Of a stretch of 64,000 nucleotides of DNA, positions 23,930-37,068 are shown one piece after another. A model generated the notes under the pieces. The model searched no databases. It had not been told where the DNA came from and was given only the letters and a program-made list of their open reading frames with translations. The position numbers and the translations under genes were made by a program. Source of the DNA: Dipteris shenzhenensis (lineage: Eukaryota); NCBI GenBank assembly GCA_047967505.1, contig CM106538.1. One strand, given 5' to 3'. The first letter of the stretch is position 1. Each line of letters starts with the position of its first letter.

Positions 23930-26900
23930 TGTGCAGATGGAAGGGATGAGTGGAAGCTCGTTCAATGATGCACCAATGCCCGGGATTGCAAAGTGGCTTA
24001 CAAAGAGGTTGTATTGTCATTACACTCATTGCAAGCAAGAAGTACGACATCAACGTCATATTGTCATGCGCCACTTGCAAATGTATGGGGAGGGGAGGAG
24101 CCCAAACTAATACCCACCGTTGGTGTTGCACGTGGTGATGGATCATCGGTAAGTCAATGCTATTTGAGTTTGTGATTGATATTGCATACCATTATGACAC
24201 AAAACCTTGAGACAAGATCTTATATTTACACAAAATCTTGAGACAGGATGAGGAGGGTGGTGAGGGTGTGCATATACCTTCACACTTTGAGCAAGAGTAT
24301 AGTCTCCCGGATGTGCCAAATGGGTATGGTGGACATGATGGATTCTATTTTTAGGGGCACTACATCACATGTACACATGATGTCCGAGTCTGAGGTCAAT
24401 ATGTGAGAGTTGCAATCAACACAGTTGTACGAGGGTGCTAGGATGTTTAAACTACGGGCTTGTCTCTCAATTTTGAATCTGCAAGCAAAGTATGGGTGGT
24501 CAGATACAAGTGTCTCGACCTTAATGAGGTTGCTCCAAAAGATGTTGCCTGCACCAAATACCATGCCTGCGTCAAGAGATGAAGCGAAGAAGATGCTAAC
24601 AATGGTGGGTATGGATTATGATACCATCCATGGTTGCCATAATGACTGTATTCTCTTTCATCACATGAGCATGGAGATTTGGCTAGTTGTCCAAAGTGCA
24701 GGGAACAACGATATAGAAATGACTTGTAGGGGTGAGCAGATACTGATAGAGGTCTTAAGACACTTTCCCATCATTGCAAGAATACAACACATTTTCTGAT
24801 GCAAATCCATAGTGGAGTTGATGACTTGGCATGCATCTCATAGGTCCACTGATGACACATTGAGGATTCCCGCAGATTGTGCAACTTGGAAGCACATAGA
24901 CAATCAGTGGCCGGACTTTGCGAGGGAGCCACACAACTTACATCTTGGGCTTGCCATGGATGGCATGAATCCTTTCGGGTTACACTCAACATGGCCCATA
25001 GTCTTGGTGAATTACAATATCCCACCGTGGCTAACAATAAAGAAGGGACACCTCATGCTTGCACTACTTGTGCCAAGGAAGTACAAGGCCAAAAATATGG
25101 ACGTGTACATGGCACCTTTGATAGAGGAGTTACAGATCTTATGGAGAGGAGTGTAGGTCTTTGACATTTCTAGAGCTCCTAGACATACCAATGATATTTT
25201 GGTCAGGGGTATCTTGATGTGGACCATGCATGACTACCCAGGATATGGATAGAGCACAGGTACATGGATGTAGGATTATGCTTTTATGACTCTCTTTCGC
25301 ATGCATATCTTATACTAACACATTCATGCACGCGTGCAGGCTTTGTTAATTACAAGTGGATACTATGCTTGTCTTGTTTGTGGACCGGGCTAGAAACCGC
25401 TTGCACGAGACTCCAAACATATGAGGAAAAATGTTTATAAAGATCATGCTCGATACCTTCTGCTAGACCATCTCGCACGTGGAGGTCAGCTTGATCCACC
25501 ACCACCATATGTGAAGGCAAGTGATTGGATTTAGGCTTAGAGGAAAAATGGAGAGGAACCTCCTAGTGGTATGAAGAGGCTATCCATTTTTCATGAGCTT
25601 CCTTATTGGGGTCAGTTACAAATCAATCATCTCTTGGATCATGTGCATATCTTCAAAAATGTGGGGGCTACTATTTGGGCACACTTGGTTGGTTCTAAAG
25701 ACTTGAAAGGAGTGCAAGAAGACTTGCATGCTATGAATAGGATGTCTCATTTCTGGCCCCAAGTGCATGCTTCGGGAAAAGTTGTCCTCTCGAAAGCAAC
25801 ATGGATCCTCTCCAAGAGAGAGGAGGAAGCGGTGATCACGGCGGACATTGCCTCTTTTCGAACACCCACCACAAGGTACATGCATTGCTTGAAAGGAGCA
25901 TTTTCAAAGGACAATAACCTTAGTGGGCTCAAGTCCCATGATTGGCACAAGGTCTTATAGGTATTCTAAGTTGTAGGATTAGTGTACCGATAATCATGAT
26001 GCGTTAGTGTAATTATGATTATGTTATATTATTGACATGGCTTCTTTGTTGCTTTGATAGTTCATCCTCCCAATTATAGTAAGAGGGTGCTTACAAGAAG
26101 ATGTTAGAAATGCTATATTCAAGATCAGTGGTATTGTGAGGTATGCTTACTATCAAATCGCACTGATTGCATTTTCTTCAATTTAAGCTGAATAATATGT
26201 AGATTGATTATGAATATATCTTACATGGGCATGTGAAATAGGTGGATATCTCAAAAAGAGATCTCCATATCAAGCATCGAGAAGGCTAGGGTAGACTCCA
26301 TCAAAGCAGTATCCTTGCTTGAGAAGCACTTTCCCTCGAGCATTATGACAACTCAAATGCACTTGCTTGTACACAGTTGATGAGGTGGCCATTGCAGGTA
26401 CCGTTCATAGTCGGTGGATGTTTTTTTTCAAGCAATTTATGAAAACTTCGAAGGGATTTATAAGGCAGAGAGCAAGACCAGAAGCAAGCATGGTAGAGGG
26501 ATGGCTTATGCAAGAGTCATTAGTATATATCACGAAGTTTCTTGCATCCATGGATCCCGATATGCCGCAGGCTTGGCATAACAAGGATGATGATCGCATC
26601 ATTGGCAAGGTTCCCCAAGGAAAAGGCATGGAAAGAAAGATGATCGAAGAGCAAATGGAGAAATTCAATAAGTTTTGTATCCTCAATAGCAAGGAGATGC
26701 AGAAGTGGATTGAGAGATATGAAGCGGCCAAAGCAGAAAGAATAGTTGCAAAAGGAAGAGATTTAGAGTAATTTACAGGTGATCACAACCATATCCATGG
26801 GATCTCGCCCTTCTCCCCACTCACATGTCACTTGATCGGCTAAAACTGGCTCTATGTAAAGCCAAATGCGATGCAGAGATAATAAACGAGCACGAGTGAG

Positions 26901-27932
26901 AGTTATCATCTGGATGTATGCTGCATGTAAGTTTCTTATCTCTTGATGTAATTAAGTAATTATTTGTGGCGATATACGCTATAAAATAGATGCATCTTCA
27001 TTGTTTTAATGATTCTCTTTTGCAGTACAAAAAGTACAATGCATTATGGTCATATGGACGACATTTTCACGTGGAACGCATCGATTCAAAGGGAGTCACG
27101 TATGATTGTGGAGTCATCGCTAACTTCACACAAGATAGCTGAGCAAGTGCTTCGGATACCAATCTTCTCTCCTCGCAGTTGGATTATTGTGGGACCATAC
27201 ACGAAATCTATAAAATTGAATTCAAACGATTTAGTATTTTCATTCTTGATGTAAAATGGTTTAGAACTATTTACAACGGTCCCCATGCAATAGTGAGAAA
27301 AGACAGTAGCAGTTCCTTTGCAATCGACTCCACCAAACTTTGGACTGATGAAAGTGATACTTTTGTTCTTCCCGAGCATTGTGAGCAAGTGTATACTAAT
27401 GATTTAATTAATCAAAGCTTTCATTTTTAAAGATCCATTGATACATGTACTTAAGCATAATTTCATATATATAATTGATGGCATTTGGCACCCATCTTCA
27501 ATATAGGTGGTTTTTCATCCGGATCGTTCTGATCCAAGATGGTGGTATGTGATCCAAGTTGCACCATGAAGTAAGAAAATTTTTGAAGATAGAGATGTGG
27601 ATATGGAGATGCCACTACCAATGCCAAATCCAATTGATCTAGATGGATCTAGTGAAGAAGATGAAGATCACAATATGAGCCAAGAGGAAGATGCGTATCA
27701 TGACATTGTACGAGAGGAAGATGGAGATCACGATATTGAGGAAGAAGATGATGATCATCAAGAATCACCACACTTTATTGGAGAAGATGATCAAGTCTTA
27801 GGTGAACGTACGATGCTAGAGTACGATGATGATATAGGAGATCAACTCGGTATAGAGTTAGAGATAGTAGACTTGTTTGGCGTGTTAGACTTGGCTCAGG
27901 ATGAAGCCGTTGATGTAAATGCTCTTCATTGA
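23930..27932 (+). pseudogene. CACTA TnpD-type transposase pseudogene with introns
   Basis: IHGCHNDCILF, LRHFPII, WKHIDNQWPDFA.EP.NL.LGLA.DG.NPFG, WTMHDYPG, SIFHELPYW, LDH.HI.KN, LSGLKSHDWH, RARPEAS.VEG, LDVKWF, and an acidic tail; stops and frameshifts. Confidence 0.92.
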
Positions 27933-29610
27933 TTTTTTTCATCTCAAACTTGCACATGAATATATGAGCTTCAAACTTGATGTACATGCTCGTGTACCTT
28001 TATTCTGTCAAAGGATCAAACATGTATCAAAAAGAAAAAAAAAATGTCATTGGGAAAACGATCTTTAAAGGTCGGTATGGGAAAAAACACTCTCTGTAAA
28101 ACGTTGCTATAGGAAATTGTCTCAGTATCACTATATAACGACCATTCACAAGTCTAGTAAGTGTCGCTATATAGCGACTCTCTTTAAAGGTCGCTATATA
28201 GCGACACTTAACAAATCCCGCTTTCAGTACTAATGATTAGCTCCCCGCACACACTAAACGATGGTGCTTAAGCATCAGAATAGGGCCCATGTATAGTAGT
28301 GCCTCTTTTTGTGCACAACTTAAAGGTTGCTACACATGTTGTTGTGAATACCATGTGCATATGTCCTTTTTGAAAGATGCATTGAAATCGATGCACAATT
28401 AGAAGTTTGGCATTCATTTGAATTGTCAATGCAAATGCATTCTCTATACTAGTGATGACACAAGCAACAGATGTTCATCTACTCTACACACTTACAAAGG
28501 TCTCACTCAGTTGTGGGATTCATTGATCTGCCCAACATAGAATGATGCAACCTTGCATCATAGGAAGTGTTTAATGGGTGAATTCAAGGATTGTGGCATA
28601 AAGAAGTTGGCATGTTACCCTTGGAGACAATGAAGTAAGGGAAAACCATCACTGTGAAAGTATTTGAATATGTGGATACTACAAACAAGCATGGAAATCA
28701 GAAGAAGAAAGATCTAGTGAACTAAGACATGTAGCATTGGGCATTTTTGCAGTTCTTGAAAAGTAAAATGAAGCAATTTATCAAACACAACTACATAGTC
28801 TGAAGGTAGGGGCTTCAATTCAAGGAGTGTATTCTCAAATTCCCTGATAATGTGGTCGTCTCAGTTGTAGAATTCACCCAAAAAAAATTCTTTCAAAGGA
28901 TACAATGAGATTCAGTCAATTGCATAGTCATTTAGTATAGGTCTCAATTTTCGTGCATATAACTTACTTCCATAAGGCAACTAAAGTTATTAAAACAGTT
29001 CACTTCTTCATTTTAGATGATAGGCAACATGAGACACTATTTGTACAACATTGTTTCATGTTACATGAGACGTGGTTGAAAGAATAAGGAGTTTTAGTGC
29101 AGCGGCATTGGGTTTGGTCTGATGGGGCTGCTCAAGGCTTGTAGGCCCTTTGATTTTGTTGCTAGGTATGCCAGAATGATAGGCATGGAAATGACTTGGA
29201 ACTTCTTTGCAAGTGGGCATGACAAAGGAGAGCACGATGGAGAAGGGCTATTATTAAAGGAGCCTTAACACATGAGCAACTAAAGAAAGATGGTGCTATA
29301 TCACAGTGTGCAAGCGATGTTGCTTTCCTATAGGCTAGCTTATCGCAAGGCACTATAGCCTCTTACATCTAAACAAAGGGAGTGTGCTCATGTATTTTGG
29401 GAGATAAAGGTAGGAGATGTGAATAGGGGAAAATAAGTGGAGTTGTGAAGCTGTTCCCAATTCATGTTCTTCACATGTTTCTCATGGTCACAACCCACAA
29501 GATCTATTAAGCCTTGTCATCCTTTTGTGATGCATGCTTGCATGGCCTTTGGAACAGATGTACCAACAAATCACATGTGCAACCTTGGCATTTTCACACT
29601 ATTAGCCTCG

Positions 29611-32600
29611 AGTTAGGATGACATGCACTTGGTCACCACGCGTCGGCCTCCGTTGGAAGCAATTGAGTTAATCAAGCATCCATTTGTAGGAGAGTGCAGT
29701 TGATCACAACAACAAAACCAATCAAAGAATAGAGGTTGGTGCATCGAGTGCACACTCTTTTGGAAGGCATTTCTTTAGGTAGTTCCAATTGTAATAGGCA
29801 GAGGAGAGAACAAGAGAGCCCTGTGCCGATTTCTCTTCCTTTGATGACTTTAGTTGTTAGGATAGAGAGTGTTCACTATACAAGCCGAGGCAGCTTGGTT
29901 GTGTCTTAAGAGAGTTTGATTCAATAGAAGTGAATGAGCAATTGGTTCTCTATTATGTTCAATACTATTGTGTTTACTCCATTGTTTAATTGTGTTTACA
30001 GCTCGGTGATCTGCCGTCATCACATGGTTCTTCTCCGATAGTTAAACCCAACCTCCAAGTGGTTTATATGTTGGCACCTATTTTGCACCCGAGCACACTC
30101 TCCTTGGGACTACAAAAGTGAGCATCTCCACCAAGCACAGCAATGGGTTGGGTTATAAATTGAGCACTTATGAGTTAGCCGGGTGGGGGATCAAAATCGT
30201 CAACATTTTGGTGATCCTGATGGGTGATAGACCTACCTACTCGAGTTTAGGAGTGGAAAAGATTAAGTCCAGCTCCCCAACATCAAGGTAAAGTTTCAAA
30301 TTTTCAAAGGCGCAAATGATGAAGATCCTTGAATTCACTTGCAAAGTTTTTTGCATGTCTGTCACATCAATGATGCAACAATAAATGAAGAGTATATGTA
30401 CTACTTTCCATGTACCTTAATTAAAAATTCTCAAAGGTTGTTCAATCAATTTCCAATTGGGTATTTTCCTGATTGGTATGCAATGTCTAAAGCTTTCTTG
30501 CAAAGGTTCTGATAGGAAATTAACAAGGAGGATGTGAGGACAAGGTTGAGTGAACTAAAGCAGAACAAGGAAGAATCTATCTAAGACTTTGTGCTTAGGA
30601 TGAGATCTCTTATTGATCAGTTGAGTACAGTTCCAAATGACAAGTCTATGCAAGCCTAGTTAATCACAAGATGTACCTAGGTAGAGTTGCATAAGCTAGA
30701 GAAATCACTCCAACTATAAACTATGAGGAACTACCGGGGCGGACCAAGCTGTAGACTTGGAGAAGAGAGAAGGTTTGAAAACAAGGAAGATAGATGCAGA
30801 CAGTGACACTGAGGAGACACCAAAAAAGAAAGATAAGTTGAAAACTGAGCTGAAGAATTCCTCATTCAAGATAAGCCAAGTAACAATGAGAAGTGGTGTA
30901 ATAGATGTTCTAGAGGTGGACATGTAGAAGAGGACTGCAAGCCTAAGTATTGCAATACCTGCACCAAATTTGGCCATGTATGAGTCAGATTGTTGGTTTA
31001 ATGGTAAAAACCACTAAGTTTCAAAAAACCAAGTGGCAATTGATAACTGGGCACCGAACAGCAAACCACCACGTCCCGAGAAAAACGACAAGGGTAAGAA
31101 TGGTAAAGAGATGATTGATCCATCTAAAATCAAGTGTTTCTATTGTGGAAAATATCATTTGCGCTTTGATTGTCCAATCTGAGCGGAGCACCTGAAGTTC
31201 CTAAAGAATAATATGGAAAGGAAAGAGGTGGATCCAGGGTGCTGAGCAATTGTAGCCAAGTTGCCATATACAATTGATGCTCAAGTAATCACTCAGTCAA
31301 GAGGGCCACTGATAACCACTAAAGACATTGATGCTTCAAGTTAAGACATCAATTGGAAAGCACAGATTGAGTTGCTAGCTAAAATTGCAAGGGAATTGAA
31401 AAGAAAAGCTCCAATGGTAGAAATGCCCGAGTAGACTCAATATCCTGTCACCAAAAGAGGGGAATCCTCGAGATTTGGGTCTAAAGAATTGAAATCAAAC
31501 ACTACATAAGAAACTAGCATAGAGCTAGCCCAAGCATGGGAGACATTCAAGAACATGCAAGTTAGTCATGAACTAATGCAAATAGCCCCATACAGTTGTG
31601 ACTTCTTTGCTCAGCAAATCAAGAAGTCTAATTGAGCAACCAAAGGAAGTGCAATCCTTAGCCATTATGCTTGTGGTTGTTACTCTAGCAGTTGATGAGA
31701 AAGTTTTGGTAATCACTATCAAGATTAAGAAGCAAACTGTATTGGGAGCAATAGTGGATGGAGGACCAGGATTGAATATAATTTCTAAAGATATTGCACA
31801 GAGGCTGAAATTTAAATCATATAAGCCATTGCCATTTTGAGTGTGCATAGCAGATCAAAAACAAATTGACCCCAGAGGTATGCTACAAGATGTGGTCATT
31901 TCAATAGGCGGCATCTATTATATAATCAATTTCATTGTGATTGCTATGGAACAACAAGCTTACCCAATCTTATTGGGAAGCACTTGGTTGAAGAGTGTAA
32001 ATGTACTCCATGACTGAGCTACAAAAGAGATGACTATCAAGATAGATGTCAAGATGTGCATATACTGACCAACCCTCAAAAAGTCCCAAGTTGTTGCCGA
32101 CATAAGAATTTGGAAGCCAAAGATCCATTTCCATAGGATGTTGAGTATCGGTTAATGGAGTTGCACATCTTACCTATTGGTGAGATAGATATTTTTCAAG
32201 TAGCTACTGTCTAACATCAAGCAAAAGTTAAGAGATGAGAAGATTGCTAAACAGAAGGATCTCTTTTCAAGCAATTTCACTGAAGACATTGAAGTAGAAA
32301 GGGAGATTGTTGAAATGCTAGTGGCTATCACTTGACTCAGAACTAAACAGCTAGTTCCAGAACCAACTCAAGAATTAAAACTTGGAACACAAGATCACCT
32401 GGCTATGGTAATGGTGAGTGCCAATCTGTCTACCAAGCAACTCAGAATGATTTCCTCAAACATAAGGATGTGTTTGCATGGAGTTACATAGATTTATGGA
32501 GAGTTCTTCCTAAATTGTGTCAACATAAGATAACTATAGTGGCAGATGTTAAGTGAATAAGGCAACAAAGGTACATGATGAATCCCAATTATGTGAAGCA

Positions 32601-34107
32601 TGTCAAAGCCTAGTTGGATCAACTCTTACATGCTGGGTTTATATATGCCATTGACCATAGTGACTGGCTCCTTCCTATTGTGGTTGTGCCTAAGAAAAAT
32701 GACAAACTCCAAGTCTGTGTGGACTACAAGAAATTAAATGCCCAGATAGTTCCTGATCCATTTCCCATACCCTTTACTAATGGAATTTTGGATCAAGTTG
32801 TAGGACATGAGATGTACTCATTTATGTATGGTTATAGAGGGTATAACCAGATTATAGTGGCTCTAAAGGATCAATCAAAAACTACTTTTATTTACATAGT
32901 GGGGTGCCTATGCAACCAAAGTGATGCCTTTTGGATTAAGAAATGCCCCATCAACCTTTCAGAAGCTTATGGTTGACACTTTCTAAGATTACCTCACCAA
33001 GTTCATTGCTATTTACTTAGATACTTTTTGTGTGTATTCCTCATATATCGAATGATCACCTAGAATACTTGGAGAAGGTTTTTCTAATATGCAGACAAGT
33101 GGATATCTCTTTAAATCTAGCTAAGACTGTGTTTTATGTCTGAGTTGGTATACTAGGACATGTTATTCCAAGGATGGTATCAAAACCAAGCTAGGTAAAA
33201 TTAAAGCCATACAATAGATTCTTGAGCCTCAAAACTTAACTCAGTTATGGGGTTTATCAGTTTCTACCATAGATTCATCAAAGACTTTACCAGAATTGCG
33301 ATACCTTTGTATGAATTGACAAAAAAAAGATACTAAGTTTGAATGGAATGCCGAGTTAATTGTAGGTTTCAATGATTTTTTCAAACCAAGCAATGGCTAC
33401 TCCAATTCTCAGACAGTAAAAGTGGGATGTTATCTTTCATGTACATGTGGATGCTTCTGGTTAAGCTTTAGGTATTATTCTAGCTCATCCAAATGGTCGA
33501 ATGGACTACCCAATATATTATGCTAGCCAATTGCTGACACCTATAAATTATAGCACTACCAAGCAAGAAGCTTTGGGGATGGTATTTAGTGTGAAAAAAC
33601 TAAGGTAATATTTACTCGGTAACAACTTTGTCTTTTATGTGGATCATCAACCTTTGCTAGATCTTATCAACAATAAGACTCTCATTCAAGGATGACTTAT
33701 TCATTGGATGTTTTTGCTATAAGGATTCAACTTCAAAATTATCCATAATTAGTCCAGGTTGCCAGCACTTGAGGAAACACATGGAGTTGATCTGGAATCG
33801 CCAGATGCTAAATTGTTTGCAACTGATTATTGTGAGAATGAATCTTTTGAGTTGGTGGATTACTTATCTAAAGGTAGATTTCCTCAAACCATGCCTCGAG
33901 ACAAACACAAGAAACTAGCCTTAAAGGCTTGGACATACACTTTCATTGGCGGGCAACTCTATCGTCATTGTGTGAAGATGGGATTCTAAGCCATTGGATT
34001 TTACCACGAATGAGCTATCATGTTGCAGGAGGCTCACTTGGGTTCATCAGGAGGACATTTCCAAGGGGAATTAACTACTAGAAAAGTATTACAAGCGAGA
34101 TTATGGC
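29611..34107 (+). mobile_element. Ty3/gypsy LTR retrotransposon, 5' portion, heavily decayed, truncated in the integrase Zn domain
   Basis: Putative LTR about 29611-30205 ending CAACA followed by TTTTGG (PBS-like); CFYCGKYHLRFDC; AIVDGGPGLNII; PIVVVPKKN.KL.VCVDYKKLN; FHVHVDAS; EAHLGSSGGHFQG. Confidence 0.85.
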
Positions 34108-34129
34108 TATCTGAATAGAATATACAAGA

Positions 34130-36610
34130 AACTATAATGAAACCTTGTTGCAAAAAACTCTACCTTAGAAGAGTTACAAAGGAAGATTGTGAGGCTATAC
34201 GTGTATGTAATTGGAGCAAGACATGGCCAAATAAATGTAATCATCTTCTTCAAGAGTTTTCTTGCTTTCTTCGACAACTTGAAGGCATCTTAAAGACAAC
34301 GCTATGCAAACCTCGGTTAATGCCAATGGTTAATGGACTAGTCATTTGTAACCGATGACACTAGTTTTGTTAAGTGGATTATCACATGGTAGCTACTAGA
34401 GCATATCGGCAAAGGACAAAGATAAAGTGATTCATAGAGTTCATGGAAATGTATGCAAGTTAAAAGGACAAAGAAGCACCTTGAATGCAACCACAACTTT
34501 AAAGCAAATCCTTGAAGATAATGCATTGCCACAACTCATCTTCCACAAATAATGCCAGATTGAAGTATTATATGCCAACATCATCTTCCTCTAGGAATGA
34601 TTGTGCTAGAGTCTATTAACAGAACATTACAAGAAAGAGAAGAAAGAGAAATTTCTAGAGCAACTTTTTATAAAATTTGGCATCCATCAAAGCAAAGAAT
34701 GTCAAAATGCAAGATATGTGATGAATTGAAAAATGCCATTGAGCATAGTAAATGCGAGAAACATTGATGAAAATATATAAGATGGAGAGATATCCATTTA
34801 TGTCATGTGCAAGATGCTAGAATGGTGTATGCTTCTTAGAGGGAGGAAGCTATTTTAGATATCAGGAAGTCTATCTGCATCAGCATTGATGGCATGGATC
34901 AGAATACAACAACTTTGCCTACATTCAAACGCACCCTGCCTCCATTGGAGGGTAAACATGGACTTAAAACACACTTGTGTTGAGTATTAGTACATAGATT
35001 TCGACTCTTTTGTGATCTATGGATTGATTGCTTGCATGAACATGATAGTAACCAAGTAGCAACATCCATCATGAAAGCAATACGAAAGGTCAAGGATGCA
35101 CGTGGATGTTTACCTTGCATCTTGCGTATACAAGCTGATAATTGCTGAGAGAAAATAAGAAATACACATTTTTGCTTTGTGCTCTATGCTAGTTGGTTTG
35201 GAAATATTTGAACAAGTGGAAGTTAGTTTTCTTCTTGTCGGCCATACACACGAAGACATAGATCAAATATTTAGTGTTATCTCTAGAGAGTTGAAGTCAA
35301 GGGATGTTTTGACAATGGATGACATAAATCATCGAATTGGAAAAAAAATCGGATGTTCTTGAAAGGAAGAGTCAGAAGTGGCTGTCCTAGAGAAGATTGG
35401 AGAGCATTCATAGAGCCACATTTGAAACCAGGAGATTCTGCACTATGTGGACACACAAATCCACACTACTTCTAGTTTAGCATGCATGACAACACTCCAG
35501 TGTGCAGTGGAAGTAGTACTTAGTGGACATAGATCATTTATGGGGTGCACCATACGCTTTAACTAGAACAAATAATCCCCTTGGAGGAGACTACTTTAGT
35601 TTTCACAAAAAACAAAGCACTTGACATGGATGAAAAATGAAAGGCTTGCAAGCATTCATTTCTCACATTAGGAGTATGATGCGAAAATACCAAGAGCAAT
35701 CTGAGAAAATATGGAGATAATCACAGAAAATGAATCTCTTGTCAAATATCTAAAAGGGAAAGAAAATTTACCAACATAGAATACTCAAATCTATTTTGGC
35801 CGCAACAAATTGAGTCAAATGAAGATTCTGTATTTTCTAGAGAGTCCACTAGAGCTGAAGATATGGAAGGAACTAAGCAATGCCTTTTTCCTCATAAACT
35901 TTGTGGTAGGAAGGGTGATAAGCCGTTGCCAGAGTTTGTACCATCTGATAAGGGACTTTTTGTTGCCGTTTGTGCAGCAGATCCAGAATCAAAGTTGGAT
36001 GACCAAGGGGGACCAATTTGGGTTGCAAAGGTTTCTCGAATAGCAAGGAATGAAATGGGAATCCCTAGCACATTCACAGAATTATGGCATGAAGGTAAAC
36101 CATTAAACAATCTCCCAAAGAGGTATACAATGAATCAACTCTATGAGGGTTGTTTGAAAAATGTTTTGTTATTTATATCTAACTCCTGATCCACATGAAT
36201 CTCTGATTGGTAGGCCTCCAGACGATGACAAATACAGAAGGGCATACAAGATTGGAGCCAATCCTTGGTTTAAGGAGAAGGAGCAAGAAGAATATAGAAT
36301 CAATTGGCAAAAGGTGGCGGCGGAGCATCATGTGAGTATACATAATCCTCATCATTGTCATTTTAGTATCATCATTGTCTTACAATCGACGCTCTTATCT
36401 TATTTTCTAGCTTGTTTCAATCTTAGGGAGGGAACTTCGACCCATCCAAATATCCAGACATAGAGACTAGATCTCAAGAAGAAGAGAAGAGGCTCGTAGA
36501 AGAGGAGGACAAGGGATCAAGCCTACGCAGAGAGGCCATAGACAAGGAGGGCAAGGAGGATGAGGAGGGTGAGGAGGATGAGGAGAGTTGGGAGGAGGAG
36601 CAATAGTAGT
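34130..36610 (+). pseudogene. DDD-type transposase pseudogene (DGMDQ / DNC.RENK / GHTHEDIDQ; Sola-like or DUF7869-like)
   Basis: SKCKICDEL, IDGMDQ at 34885-34902, HDSNQV, LRIQADNC at about 35122-35145, FLLVGHTHEDIDQIFS (GH at 35240); then PIWVAKV domain and an acidic tail. Confidence 0.75.
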
Positions 36611-36619
36611 ATAGGACAA

Positions 36620-37068
36620 TTTGTCGTTTTATATTTCGGTACTTTTGCCATTTTGTAGTGCATTACTTCGGCAGATTTGCCATTTTCAACTTTGGCACTT
36701 TTGCCATTTTGTATACCTTTTTTGTAACATTGTAACATGATTTTGTAGACTCTTTTGTAATATTTTATCATGATTTTAGTGGAAAAGAAATTTGTGGGGC
36801 AGAATGGGACTAAAACAAGCCCCATCCTGCCCCACAATTTTTTTAAAACTTTTGTTAAAACATCGGTATATACCAACGTTGTAGTGTTAGTATATACTAA
36901 TGGACATTGGGAACATTCACGTACCGATGCCCATACCAATGATAATATCGATGCTTTCTTTGCGACGTACACACCGATGGACATTCCAACACTTTTCACT
37001 TGTTTTTTCAAAAAAAAGTGTATTTAGCATTGGTATTAGCGTCAAAAAGTAGCCTGTGTCTTGTAGTG
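36620..37068 (-). mobile_element. CACTA-family terminus (TIR, hairpin, subterminal repeats)
   Basis: Reverse complement from 37068 is CACTACAAGACACAGGCTACTTTTTGACG, 30/36 identical to the TIR at 19468; GTGGGGC..GCCCCAC hairpin at 36789-36840; TTTGCCATTTT repeats. Confidence 0.85.

Larger units (their letters stand above)
19468..28301 (+). mobile_element. Full-length CACTA (En/Spm) DNA transposon, defective
   Basis: CACTAC at 19468 and GTAGTG ending 28301; 3-bp TSD CCT on both sides; imperfect TIR (21/29 matches); subterminal palindromes GTCGCTATATAGCGAC at 19596, 28163 and 28190. Confidence 0.95.
19360..29610 (+). pseudogene. Sola2-like DNA transposase pseudogene, split by the CACTA insertion (parts 19360-19467 and 28302-29610)
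   Basis: Across the insertion it reads THF..QVELFHQFKQKN..RSFEYLTP|LFV..TCCCEYH; later KQFIKHNY, VVSVVEF..NEIQS, HFFI.DDRQH.TLFVQHCF, RHWVWSDGAAQ, WNFFASGHDKGEHDG and a C-terminal FCDAC..C motif. Superfamily label rests on motif recall. Confidence 0.7.

Noticed and set aside
36870-36886. GTAGTG at 36886 as the element end
   Set aside because: Subterminal motifs continue beyond it and the 37068 end matches the family TIR far better.
19468-37068. One 17.6-kb CACTA element bounded by the TIRs at 19468 and 37068
   Set aside because: Flanks CCT and TAT are not a TSD, whereas the 28301 end gives an exact CCT TSD and restores the interrupted host frame.
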